Below, in pieces: positions 12,251-24,749 of a DNA stretch of 64,000 nucleotides (position 1 is the stretch's first letter; the number at the start of each line of letters is the position of its first letter). A program made the position numbers and the translations under genes. A model generated the notes under the pieces. The model had not been told where the DNA came from, did not search any database, and saw nothing but the letters and a program-made list of their open reading frames with translations. The stretch lies in NCBI RefSeq assembly GCF_000315625.1, contig NW_005434583.1, forward strand, positions 213,031-277,030, read 5' to 3'. The stretch is from Guillardia theta CCMP2712. Its lineage: Eukaryota > Protista > Cryptophyta.

Positions 12251-12897
12251 TATCTTGTGAACAGAGGACTGAACTCCCCGTTGAAGGAGAAACCGAATGG
12301 CAACCAAAGGGTTTTGAGGGCGAGGCGATGCTGATGAGGCGATGGTGTGAATGGTGCCCTTGAAAGATAATGAGTAGAATAAACGATTAAGTGTGTATTG
12401 AGAAGAAGCATGCCAGAGGCTAAGTAGATATGAAAATTGGACAAAGTAGGATTGCTGTTGTTGGCTGGGAGAGATTAGTGCATCACTGGTTTAGAAATTA
12501 TGATGTGCCGTCAGAGCCTTGACAGAGAAGAATGATTTTTATAAACAAAGATAAGCCGAATAGAAGAAGTTGACGTATGCAAGAATAGGTCAATCTGTGT
12601 TTATCAGGGGAGTAGACAGAAGAAATTGTGAAGGAGATGAAGTTGAAGATTGTTGGGGGAAAATAGGGAGAAGGGCGGAGGAATACGGCAGAACAGGGCC
12701 ATGGAAAATTGGCTGTTGTAGCTACCATGAAAACGATGGCAATTTTGTTTCAGAGCAGTCTGGCAGAAAGACGCTGATTCGTTAGAAATGGAAACGATGA
12801 CCAGATTGTTTTCGAAAGCGGAGTGTCACCCAGGCTGATGATATGAAAAGGTTTGAAGGGATATACTGCAACAAGCTTGCCAAGGAGGCGCTCAGCT

Positions 12898-15800
12898 ATG
12901 CAAGGTACTGTAGTTGCCAGTGTGTTGCGGAGGCGGAGCAAGAACAGGCAATCAAAGAAGTATGAAGAGGAAGAAATCGAGAGCTTGATCAATGATCCCA
13001 TAGATCATCTGGTGAAAGACATCCAAGAAGTTGAAGGAGTCCTCAGGGAATCAGAAATACAGAAGCTCTTTGGCCTGAAGAGTAGATGTGAACCTATTGC
13101 ACAGAGAGAAATCCAGATCAATGGCCTCCTAGGTAAAGTGCGGGAGAAGCTATCACGCTCGTCATCGTATGTGAGGCTGTTTGGGACGTCCATCTTCTTC
13201 ATCGTGTACGTCTCGTTTCTCTTCATGCAGCGAGACATCACATCTTCCTACTACGTCGAGAGCTCTGTCATCGACCTTGTTCTCAGTAATCTTCCTCTGC
13301 TTGGCAACGGAGGCTACATGAACTCGGGTCTGGGCTCGACGGGCTTCCTGAGCACGTCTGCAGACTTCTTCTCCTGGTAGGGATCATGCTATGAGTATAA
13401 TCGCCGACGTTGACTGTGATCGGCAGGTTTCGGGGGATAGCTCAGGTGGTGTTCAGCGATCCTGTATGTGGAGATGGAAGTTGTGATGCGCCCGACGAGT
13501 ATCCGGGCTTCGGGCGGTTCGGATGCATCAAGGACTGCGGCAAGTACAAGAACGTCACCACGCTCACTATCACGCTGGCAGACATCATCCAGCAAAGCTC
13601 GTCAGAGCTCGGTTTCCCTCTCAAAGACTCTGCGCTGGACAGCGATCCGTCAAGGGTGCGATATTTCTACAACATTTACAGCGATACGATGGGAGACTTT
13701 CTCTTCGAGACCGACACAAACGCAACCCAGCTGACGTTCGAAGTTCCCGACGGGGAGCTTACGTTGGTGCTATACCAGGACTCGTCTTTAGAGGAAGCGG
13801 TGGAGAATCAAGCGGTGACGTCATTGTTCAGGGTGACACCGAGGTAAGAGAAGGTCGTACGAGAGTAGATGAGCTGAGCTTGGCTCGCAGCTCTTTCTCG
13901 ACTCTCTCAAAAAGGAAGTCGGCCATCGAATATGGGAACCACAGAGAAAATTTCAAGAACGCAGTTTTCAACGAGAACGCCTTGAAAACCATGTGTCGAT
14001 CCCCAACAGACGCTATGCGTACTTTCTGCGACAAGTTCAACCCCGAAGGTAGGAAGAGGCATGGCGTGACGGTGAGGGTTCTGACTGAGATCTGGATGAA
14101 AGATGTCGGCTACCTGATGACCTCCAAGTACGGGCTGAGCGGCAAGATCGAGCTCAAGGACTCGGTGACGGGCGTGTTGGAGACCATAGTGGAGGTAAGC
14201 TTGCCGCTGCTTGGCGTGCTTGTAAGGGTTGTACAGGTCGGGTACTGCAGCATCCTTCCCAACATGAGCGGGAGTCCGTACGCGGCAGCGAACAAGGCGA
14301 AGATCATTGAGTCGGGATCCAGCTGCGATGTTTCATCGAGAGCGCGGAGAAGATCTCGAGCCAGAAGTGTCAATGCAGGCAAAACTCCTGAGACCTTCAG
14401 AGACTGGAAACCCCGTGCTAAGGTGGAACATGTGCAAAAGGGAAACAATCCTCGTGCAAACAGCATGGATCCTACTATCCACGCGTCTTCTAGCAGTCTC
14501 GATCAAGTGACATTGAGGTCTTTGAATTGTCCTCACACCGGTCAAACATTCACCGACCAGTCTGGCTATGTCACCTCGGGATATACGAACTATGCGGACA
14601 ATTCTAATTGCCGTTGGATCATTGCCCCGCAGGGAGCAACCAATGTGACCTTGACCTTCCAGTTGTTTGCAGTTGAAACTGATTATGATTGGGTGACTCT
14701 ATCCTCTTGTTCAGATCCATCTTGCAGCAGCCCAAACTGGATTGTAGACTTGACAGGCTATCTGTACGACATTGATCAGCAAGTGACATCACCAACGGGC
14801 ATTATGCTGGTTGAGTTCACATCGGATGATTCTGTTGACTGGAGAGGTTTCTGTGCGACGTGGGGAACCGGAGTCGCTTGTCCTACCAACCCAAACCCCC
14901 CGATTGTCAGAGAAGTCAAGGAGTACTGGGTCAGTCCCATCCAAGATAACTACGACGCTGTTACTTTTGCCCAAGTCGAGGTGGTTACCTTCTCAGAGTT
15001 TACCTACCTGCGGTATGCCCTCTCACCATATGGTGATACCAACCCTACTTGTGACTGCACCAACTGGGAAGACGAGGCCTCTTGCCCCAACACCGTCAAG
15101 AATGGCTCCAAGCTTGTGCTGTACAACAAACACTTAAAATCACCTGGCTACTGGACCATCAATGTCGTCGCTTGCCTCAAGTTTCCTGATGTCACAATGC
15201 CAAGCTCAAGCTCGTCCTACTGGAACACATTTGTGGAACCACCTCGTATCGTTTTTTCTGTTCCCGAAAATATCTCAATCATCCATGTGAACGGGTCAAA
15301 AGTAAATACCTCCTTGTGTGGAAACTACTCTGTTTTCGACGTTTGGAGGAAGATCGTTGAGAACAGGCTAAACGCTTCTCTTTTGTTCCCTCAGCAGATC
15401 AGCGTCAACGTCTCTAGGCTCTCGGAGACTGCAGACGTGTCAGGCGAAGTCTTGGCAACCTCCAACGTCCAAGCGGCGACCATCATCAACATGCTGCTGG
15501 ATCATCGTAAGGAGATGCAGGAGGCGCTGACGCTGGCTTGTCCGCTCTTGACGGCGTTACAAGAGATGTCGATCAGCACGAGCTCGGTCTTCACCAAGAG
15601 CACGAGAGGTGAGGGGCCCGACGCCTCGTCCGTCTTGTCAGTCGCTGACAGCTCGTGTGACAGGTCAGGCCTGCGAGTCGCATTATGATTGCGATACAGG
15701 ACTTTTCTGCTCCCAGCAGGGCTCGTCGAGCACGGGAGGGTTAGGGACATGTGACCTCTGCAGCTTCTGCAAAGTTGACGCGAGCGACGCGATCGATCTC

Positions 15801-18800
15801 AGGTGTCCGACCATCACGTGTCCGACCTCGGGGCAGTTCCCTGCGTGTGTGAACGCAGCAAAGCTGACGTCAAGCTCCACGTGCGCGAGCGACTATCGTT
15901 TCAGCGTGTGGGAGTATCGGGATGCGAGTGAGGGCCCGCCCAAGATCGTCCCGCCGTTCGAGCCCAAGAACCGCGAGATCACTCCCTACAACAGGATCGT
16001 CGGCGCCATCGTGATCTCGCAGAAGAGGATGAAGCCTGCTGACTGCGCTCAGAGCGTGAACAAGCACGTCCAACTCTACATGGAGTCCGTGAAAGGCATC
16101 GTGAGCTGTCCGTCCACGACTCTTGACGACACTCCGTACGGCTACGATCCAACCTTTATGCCATTCAGCAGTATCTACAACCCGAAGCTCGAGCCCAGTC
16201 AGTTTTACGCCCCGCTTGAGAGGCATGTGATTGACTCCGGTGGAGTGACGGAGCTGTCCTTCCCGATCGGCTTCTTTCCGCAGAAGTACGACACCAACTT
16301 CTTCGATCGGAACAAGGATGGCTTCATCTCTGAGGCAGAGGCCTCGATCAACATCACAGGCTTCGAGCAAGCCTACAAGGATCCCAAGTACATCATGCCG
16401 TCAGAGGGAGACACGTTCAAGCTCTACTTCGACGAGCGTCTCACGCAAAGGCTGGCACAGACCATGATTCAGTTCGCGGAAGACGGCTCCTACATCGACG
16501 GGACGACAGAAGAAGTGCGAGTGCAGTTCCTCACCTACAACGCGCCTAAGAACATCTTTGCTCTGCATGAGTTTATCTTCGACTGGCAAAAGACAGGCAG
16601 GATACCATGGGACTACCAGGTCAACTCCTTCTCTGTCGACTTCTTTGCCGGCCAAGGAGCTATATTACAGATTTGCCTATTCACTTTGCTCATAGCATTC
16701 CTCCTTATCAACACTTACATGGAGGTCAGCGAGCTGCTGGGTGAGATCCGCAAGTACAATCTGAGCGGGTACCTGTCGCATCCCTTCAACTGGATCGACT
16801 GGACGCACTTCGCCTTCATGTGGGGAACAATCATCACCTGCCTGCTTCACTACGAGAACTGTCGGCGGTTCGAGATGAAAGCCAACTACCCCGTCCTCTT
16901 CTACGGGCCCGACTACGGGTCCGCTGCCCGACGGAAAGGCGTCACAACCGTTCAGCCGGGGACCACTTTTCAAGTTCCGTTGGTAAAGTCAGGCAACGCA
17001 AAGGCCAGACAATTTCGAACCGACAACCAAGCCGAGCTGGACTTGCTGATGCTGCTGGAGCAAGCAAGAACCATCTCGGGGTCGATGAGCCTCTACTCTT
17101 TCTTCGCTGGAGTCAGCGTCGTTCTGTTCGTGCTGCGCATGCTCAAGTCGCTTGACTTCCAAGAGCGCATGGGCCTTGTCACCCGGACCATCGCACGCGC
17201 GTCGAGCGACCTCTGGCACTTCATGTTATTATTCCTTGTCGTGTTCTACGGCTACTCCGTGGTGGGACACATGCTGTTCGGTCATCAGTACGAGGCGAGT
17301 AGAAGAGTGAGGGCGTGGAGGAGGAGCTGACCTGCTATGGCATGACAGGGGATGAGGGACATGTCGACCGCATGCCTGACGCTGTTGATCTTCCTGCTTA
17401 GTCTCGACACGACTCAGTTCTACGCATCGGTGAGTGCGAGCAAGCCCAGCGGTCTAGGTAGAGGGCAAGCTGACTGGTGTGATGACAGATGTCGCACGCG
17501 GCTCCGGACGGAGCGTTTCACATCTTCCTGTGGTCTTATCTGTTCATCGCGTTCTTCATCCTGCTCAACGTGTTCCTCGCCATCTTAGTGGACTCGTACG
17601 CCAAGGTCAAGGAAGAGACTGAGGGGACGACCGGGCTGGTGGAGGACTTGCTGGAGACTGTCTGGCATGGACTGAGACGGGTGCTGAGAACGCAGCAGTT
17701 CGTGTCGAACCAGATGCTAGAGCAAGCTCTGATAAGAGAGCGAGAGACTCTGACGTCGAAAGAGAGCCAACGTCGCAGCATCGAACGTGACCTGGAGGAA
17801 GAAAAGATGATTCTGCTTCCCGGTGGCGTGTCTGTTGATACCTACGAGCTTGCTGCTCTTGCTCGACGAGCCTTCGCCAAGGGGTCGGACAAGGTACATC
17901 CAGACGGTAATGCAAACAGGGACGATGCCGAGGAATACTTGCTGTGTGAAGACGAGATAATCGCGTCCGCCGACCTGATGAGCCGCTATGGCACGGAGCC
18001 ATCGGGGATCGCGGAGAGGAGGAAGAACGAGCTGATGGAGCTGTATGACATGGAGGGCGTGAGACGACAGATCGCGATGCAGATCAGTCAGCTCAAGATT
18101 CTCAACAGCCAAAAGCGCATGTCAGACCTCATTACGAGGATGGGCAAGGAGCTCGTGCCGGCTGCCATCGTCGAGAGCGCGGAGCAGGCAGAGGTAGTCT
18201 ACACGTCGCCAGCATCGAAGGCTGCGGGAGTGCTGAGGGTGCAGCTGGTAGAAGCGAGGAACCTGCCGCGGATGGACCTGCTCTCGGGCTGTGACGCGTA
18301 CTGCGTGTTGTTCGTCAACGCGTGCTCGGGGCTGTCTACGTTTGCGTCGGAGGTGATCAACAAGAACGTCAACCCGGTGTGGAAACAAGACTTCGAGTGG
18401 AGGATGACGAGTCAGACCAAGGTTCTGAGCGTCACCTTGTGGGACAAGGATGATGTGAGTGCCGTCGGGAGGCTGGTGGAGGTTGCAGAGGGGTCTGACG
18501 GATGCTTGTGCTCAGGTGACGAACAACGATCTGGTTGGGTCTGTACAAGTGGATCTCGAGAAGCTTCCTTACGATGAACCACAAGAGCTGACGCTGCCGC
18601 TACAGAACCAGAAACTCTTCAGAAAGATCATCAACACTCGCCTGGTCTTGGTGGTCCATAAGTGCAGTAAGACAGACCAGGTACAGGAGAAGGAGCAAAT
18701 GCGGGTAGCGGAGCATTTGATAGTGCACGAAATGGTGAGATTCGTTCGAAGTCACTTGCTCTGGTAGCTTCGCATCTGATCTTTGAGTGTCAGGATGACC

Positions 18801-18805
18801 CTTGA
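12898..18805 (+). CDS. Polycystin-2 (TRPP/PKD2)-like cation channel with very large S1-S2 loop (Cys-rich motifs, CUB domain, EF-loop) and C-terminal C2 domain
   Basis: S1 LFGTSIFFIVYVSFLFMQR; CGDGSCDAPDEYP...CIKDC; CUB 14528-14863 (NYADNSNCRWII...ETDYDWV...VEFTSDDSVDWRGF); polycystin TOP motifs NRIVGAIVISQKR and YIDGTTEEVRVQFLTYN; S2-S6 PFNWIDW, LRMLKSL, GHMLFG, FFILLNVFLAILVDSY; C2 GVLRVQLVEARNLPRMDLLSGCDAYC...NPVW...VTLWDKD. Confidence 0.88.
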
Positions 18806-19376
18806 GAGCACCGCGATCAGAAACTCGTTCCGATTTCCGAATGACATGCGGTGACTAGAAGGGTTCTTGTAAAGTAACGATGAAGTAAGAGAAAAGACAG
18901 CGATAACAAACCCTCACCCTGCCGACTGCTGTCCCCCAAACTTAACTGATAACTTTACTTAACTGCGGGCAGACTAATGAATTTTAACTTAACTTTTTAA
19001 GTAAAGAATGGTTGTCAAAGTGACCCAGAATAGACAACCTACCCCTACCCCCTTCTTTCCTTGTTTTGACCCCACCCTGACAGGGAACGAAAACTGCTCG
19101 CAGGCCCATGACAAGCAGTAGGATTGACCCCACCCTCGAATCCCCTTGTCTAGCTGGGTCGAGGACCGGTGGGTATTTCTTGAACCTGAAAATAATGTTT
19201 GGATTGCTTCGGCAGATACTGTACAACCCGCCAGGGTGTACAGTGGTGAACAACAAGTCGATCCTCACGTAAGGGACTGCATGCATGCTGTTAGATCGAG
19301 ATGCATAAGAAAGATTCTGTGTTGAAGATGATGGGGATGGGGATGGGGATGGGGATGGGGAGGAGAGACTTCTGAG

Positions 19377-21572
19377 TTAGGAGATCGATGAAAAGCGCAG
19401 TTGGTGACCGGGTTGTTGTCGTAACTGACACAAGGGCATGCAGGTACGACAGCTGTCCATACAACGTCGAAGAGTATGTTGATTTTTGTTCATGACTGTT
19501 TCCTTGACTTGTTTCTCAGCCTTCATTGCAGCATCGATCAGATGCCCGTGGTGAACGGCCTGGTTGCAAACTGTGGCCCCCTCCCTTGAAGGCTCACAGA
19601 CTGCAGTACGTGATTTTGATCTTATTCTTATCAGTTTCTAAGGAACACCAAATTACGCTATGAATGTGAGTTTCTTATGGCGCAGTGAATCGGAGCTGGA
19701 CACTGTAAGTGAGCTCCTCATGAGCGACAGGCAGAGTGTTCACCTTCAACACGTCGAAGTAGTCCGAGTGCTGGGCCTTGACGCCGACGAGGATCTGGCA
19801 CAGATGTGAGGCGGGCAGAGGAGCAGCAGAGCAGATGGGGGAAGAGGAGAATAGCAGGCAGTTGGTGGTAGGTAGGTCGATGCTGGAAGAAATCATTGGA
19901 GAGGAGGGAACCGGGGGGGGGGGGGGGGGGGGAGGCGGGACGGGGGAGAGAAGGGAACAGGGGGGGAGGAGGGGAATGGAAAGAAGAGTAGACGGACATT
20001 TGGCAGGTTTGTCTTTGCAGCATCGTTGGCAGCCCCAGCGTTGCGAGTGAATCTCAAGGCGATCTTGCAGCTCGCTCCTGCCTGCAGCACTGCATGACTC
20101 TGTTCTGCTTGTCACTCTCCAACACAATGCCATCAACGCAAGGTCCACCGGCTTCAGGTCCACGTGTACGGGGCCTTCACTGCCCAGCTGCTCGAGGAGA
20201 GCGATGTCGTAGCTCGCGTCCTCTTCTAGCTTGCTCCTGTACATGATCTGCAAGCAGGAACCACTCATCCCCCTCACCCTCGCCACAGAGGAGCAGCATA
20301 CGTTCTTGAAGCAAGACCCCCTTTCAGGAAGCGTGACGTCATACTGCAAGGCAGGACGAGTCAATCAGACCTCCTTCAGCCGGCCCACCCACCTCCTTAA
20401 GGTTCGAGATCTTCATGTTCTTGAGCGACAAGGTGCTGCTGCTCACGAAATGCTCGCCATGCTCCCTCATGACCGCCGAGGAACGAGCTTCCTTGCTCTT
20501 GAGAGGTGGCGGCTTGAGCTTCAGCAGACGTGCCCTCCCCGGGTCGGAGTTGGAGCGAGTCGGCGCGTCGTCTGCAGCAAGGAGGTGAGGGCGCTGGGGT
20601 CATGTCAAGTAGGGTTCACAGCTCGAATGGTTCCTTATCTCGTCCTTAAGCACCACTGCACCGTGCGCTTGCGCGTGCAGGAAGTCTCCGCTCGGCACAT
20701 GCGCGCTGAGAGCGTCATCGGGCCTGCTCGCCGTCAACGGATGCCGGAGGGCTGACGGCTTGTCCTGGTCCTGGCACGCCAGGTGGTCACGCGGACCACA
20801 GGAGGTCACGTGGCAACACCTTGATCACGAGCGAGATGTGCCGCTGCTCCTTGAGGGACTGAAGGGACTTGCAGAGGGTCCAGGAGGACTCGGAGTCCAG
20901 AGAGATCAAATTCCCTGTGAGGTCCTGGAAGAAAATCTTCTGTATGCCCCTGAAGGATAAAAAACCACCTTCAGGCATGCAAGCCTCTCACTAAGACTGC
21001 CGCTGGCACCTGTTGTGGCTGGTCCTTAGAGACTTCTCGATCGCGCTCCTCACGTCGCTCCATGAATCGGACTCCCGCACATTGACGCGCGTGCTCAACG
21101 CACCCTGTCGATCTCATCGGTCAAGCAGGAAACAAGAGCATGCAAGGTTAGGCGCACGTCAGCTCCTCGACAGGCCACCACCAGCTCTCTGCCGGTGCCT
21201 CCTTCAGGTTTGCCTTTCATCAACTCAAACACAACAGATGCAGGGGACAGTCAGACTTGTGTCGTCGGAGGACATGACTGAGCAAGTGTCGTTGTCTGAT
21301 CCTTCAACAGCGTCCACTGGCTGCTGCGTCCCCTTCCTCCTCAGGCGTTGCAGCAGCATGGTTGTGTTGCTCTCAAGGTAGTCGAGGCTCTTGCTCATGT
21401 TGTCAAGGCGTCGACGGATCTTCCCCGACACATGTTGGAGCATGATGTCGGTTCCCTGCTGCAGGTAACGCCACAGCAGTCGATCCACCTCATGACCGCC
21501 CTGCAGCTCGATCACTTGACTTGCATGGCCGTCCGATCGGTCGCTCTTCAGGGTACTGGCGGGAGACGCCAT
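19377..21572 (-). CDS. Hypothetical multi-exon protein with a PB1-like domain; both ends uncertain
   Basis: Spliced ELVVACRGADGALSTRVNVRESDSWSDVRSAIEKSL...IQKIFFQDLTGNLISLDSESSWTLCK...ISLVIK resembles a PB1 fold with an OPCA-like motif. Further exons have plausible splice sites. Confidence 0.5.
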
Positions 21573-21939
21573 CCCTTTCACCACCTCTACCTGCTGGAGT
21601 GAGACGCGTCAAGAGCAATACGTCGTGCTCCGTTGCCCTGTTCCTGCACTTGTCTGATTGCTCCAGAAATCTCTCACCCTCTCCTACACCGTAAACAACA
21701 TTCTCCTCCTTGAATACATGATCACACCACTTCCTCTCCCGCAAATATCCATTGCCTCCTCTTCTTCCTTCTTCCTCCCTCTCCCTCTCCCTCTCCCTTC
21801 CTTTCTCTTTCTCTTTCTTGTTCTCTCTCATTCTCTCCTCACCTGTCGTCAGGTCGCTTCTCCCTCTTCGTCGCTCATTTCATTCATTTCTCTTTCGCTG
21901 CATTTCCGTTGGAAGGGCGGGACAGTCACTCCCCGATAA

Positions 21940-22330
21940 AAGTCCCGGGCCACCGGCCGGGGCCGGGCCCGCCTCCGGGCTCCTGGCGGCCCGGTGGCAC
22001 TCACTGTGACTCGGCGGGCCCCGAACCCTTCGCAGTCACGGTGCCGCCCGCCGCATCAAGTTCGGATTCAACGGTGTGAGCGGCGGGCCCGCTCACGATA
22101 GCAAAGGGACATGGCTAAGTTGATTCTCGAGCGGCTGAGCGCTTTTACTACTTTACCCGTCACGGTTGCTACAAACTCTTGAAAAACTTGCTCCCGATTC
22201 CCTGGCAGCATAATTACAAAACCTGGTCAAGCCTGTGATGTGCGGCCGCAGAGTCTGAAGGGCCGACAGACTTGCTCCCGGAGTCCAGAGTCCGACCGTC
22301 GGACCGTCAGGCTGAGTCGGAGCTCGGAAG
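21940..22330. promoter_or_regulatory. GC-rich CCGG/GGGCCC/GAGTC island between EF-hand gene 3' end and PB1-like gene 5' end
   Basis: Dense CCGG, GGGCCC, TGACTC and GAGTC words. Confidence 0.4.
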
Positions 22331-22350
22331 ATTCAACAGGTTTCTGAGCC

Positions 22351-24100
22351 TCAGCTGCTTTTCCCCTCTGATGGTCGTGATTTGAACATCCCGCCAGAGA
22401 GCATGCGAGACATTCTTGAGGCGGGCCCGGGCGACTTGTTGATGCTGAAGATGTTGTCTTTCTGAACCTTCTCCTTGGTTTGCGCAGGTAGGATCGTCTC
22501 TTGATTCTTTGCGACCGAGAACTTGGCAGGCTCAACCTTGGAGATGGAAAGCTCTTCTGACTCCTCTATCTCCGCTCGTGTCACCGGGAAGGAACTCGTT
22601 CGGAGAAACAAGCCACCACCACCCCTCTCTGGGATGGGGGCGGGGACAGCGATCTTGCTGTGGTTGGTCTTTTGCTCCTGATTCTCCTTCATGCTGACTT
22701 TGGTTAGAGGCTTTGAGGATTTCAGCTCGTCGCGGATAAGCTCCACATCGGATCTGTCGTCCCCCTTCTTTCTGCATATTATGCAATCACTGTCGCATTT
22801 CACTTGCAGAATCCCCTTCAACATGTGTGTAAATTCCATCTGGACAAGGCGAATCAAACAAGAGAGAATTCTAAACATCTTGAGAAACGCACCAGGTCTA
22901 ACACCTCGTTGTCCCCTTCCAATGAGTCCATGAACGTGTCAAGTTCGATCTTTGAAAGAGGTTTACCCATCGTTTCAAATGCCTGTGAGATTTCGTCCCT
23001 GGCAAGAAAGTGCATTACAATGTGGCGAACTCCAACATGATCATGGGGCTGCAATGAGGTTGCTTTTACGATGAATTTGTCAAACAATTTACCTGTCAAG
23101 AGTTCCGTTTCCATCGAGGTCGAAGCGGTCAAACGTCTCTTTTATCTTGTGAGATAGCTGGGAATTCCATCACCAAAACTTGATGAGGTGCCAAGAATCA
23201 CCTGGTCGTGTGGGAGTCCTTTCAAATGAGTCACTAATAATTCATTCATCTGTCTTAGCAAACTGTATGCAGGCGATGTGTTAGTGTATCATTCAGGACC
23301 AAAGATGATCAAGACCTTGAAAAATTATTCATGGATCTTGTAAACGAGTTTTCCTTCCATTTCCAATCAATTTTCAGCCGTAATTGTTTTTCTTTCATAG
23401 AATCAAACAGGTCGTCCATCTCCTTCTTTGGATCGAAGACTGATTTCTGTCTAGGCATTAACTGTATTCCTCCTGGTAGGCTTCCACTCCTCATCCTTGG
23501 ATTCGCCCAGGCTTTCTTTTTCGTACTCAATTTGCTGTCATCAAAACTTTTCTTCAACCTACCCAAAAAGCTCGAGCTGTGATCCTGCACCTGAAGAAAT
23601 TTCTTCACGATTCTGGTCAAGTGTAGCGAAAGGACAAGCACCTGGTGGTTTGCCTCGACTGACGGGCATGATTGTGTCCTCCCGAACCCTCCGAACCCCC
23701 CAAACCCTGAGTTGAATTCTTTTCTCTGTGTTGTGTTGCATCCACGCAAGCACGAGATACAGGTGATAGAACATCGTTCTCCCACAAGAAATCGGACCAT
23801 GTGAGCATATTCGTCTTCATCTAGAACGCCGTTTCCGTCGGCATCGAATTCATGAATCCAAAGGTCAAGTTCCTCATCCGTCATCTTCCTGCCCATCCTG
23901 GCCAAGGCATCATGAATCTCTTCTTTCTCTAGAAACCCACTCTTATCCGTGTCAAGAATACGGAATGTGTCAGAGATTTTTGATTCCAAATCATCCCGAA
24001 CCAATCCTGCAAACTCTTTCTTGAACAGTTGTTCCGTGTCCTTTATCAGTTTCTGAGAAATCGGGTTCTTAGAGCCATCGCTTCCAATGCTCCTGTTCAT
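22351..24100 (-). CDS. EF-hand protein with two copies of an EF-hand-pair + H-x9-C-x3-C-x2-C module
   Basis: Module 1 loops DTDKSGFLEKEE and DADGNGVLDEDE, then HMVRFLVGERCSITCISC. Module 2 (spliced) DLDGNGTLDRDE plus a degenerate second loop, then HMLKGILQVKCDSDCIIC. Confidence 0.85.
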
Positions 24101-24749
24101 TTTAAGTGGCAATTATACCCTGCTTTAATTCAGTAATGTCTTCTGTTGTTATTGCTCAATTTCATGAAATTCCTTCAAATCGATCCCTGTTCGTTAAGTC
24201 AGATACTTCACAAAAAATTCAAGGCATATAGTCGCAAGTACATGTCCCCTCTCTTGATTCTTCAACATGACACAGCAAGTGAGAAGAAAATACATCAAGC
24301 ATATTTTGCAATGGAATCACATTTCGGCACCGAAGCACAACTAAAAAACGAATCTCTATGAATCGATGCATATCGTATGTACCAGACTACACGAAAGTTT
24401 CATTCTGACTGATGTCTTACCAACTGCTGTGTTAGTGATTTTAACAAATAAGGTGTATTGGGGACATGAGAGCAATGAAAATTCGAAGAGAATGAAGGCA
24501 TCTAGCTCAATCGAGTAAAAAAAGAGGCAAGCAGGTAAAGCAAGGCGACTGCAGGCAGGGCAACCGGATCGCGAGGATATCGGAACAAGACAGATCAGGT
24601 AGAGCGAGACTCAGAGGAGCGCAGGACATGGCAGCTTGAGGATAGGAAGGGGTAGCAGCGACAAGAAGAGCAATTATGGCGAGGGAGCAACGAGCAAGCA
24701 GACATTATTCTGCATCTCCAGCACGTTTGTTCCATCCCCACATCGCGCT

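Noticed and set aside
22770-23780. Radical SAM enzyme (CxxxCxxC)
   Set aside because: There is no TIM-barrel context and no aromatic residue before the last Cys; the motif follows EF-hands.
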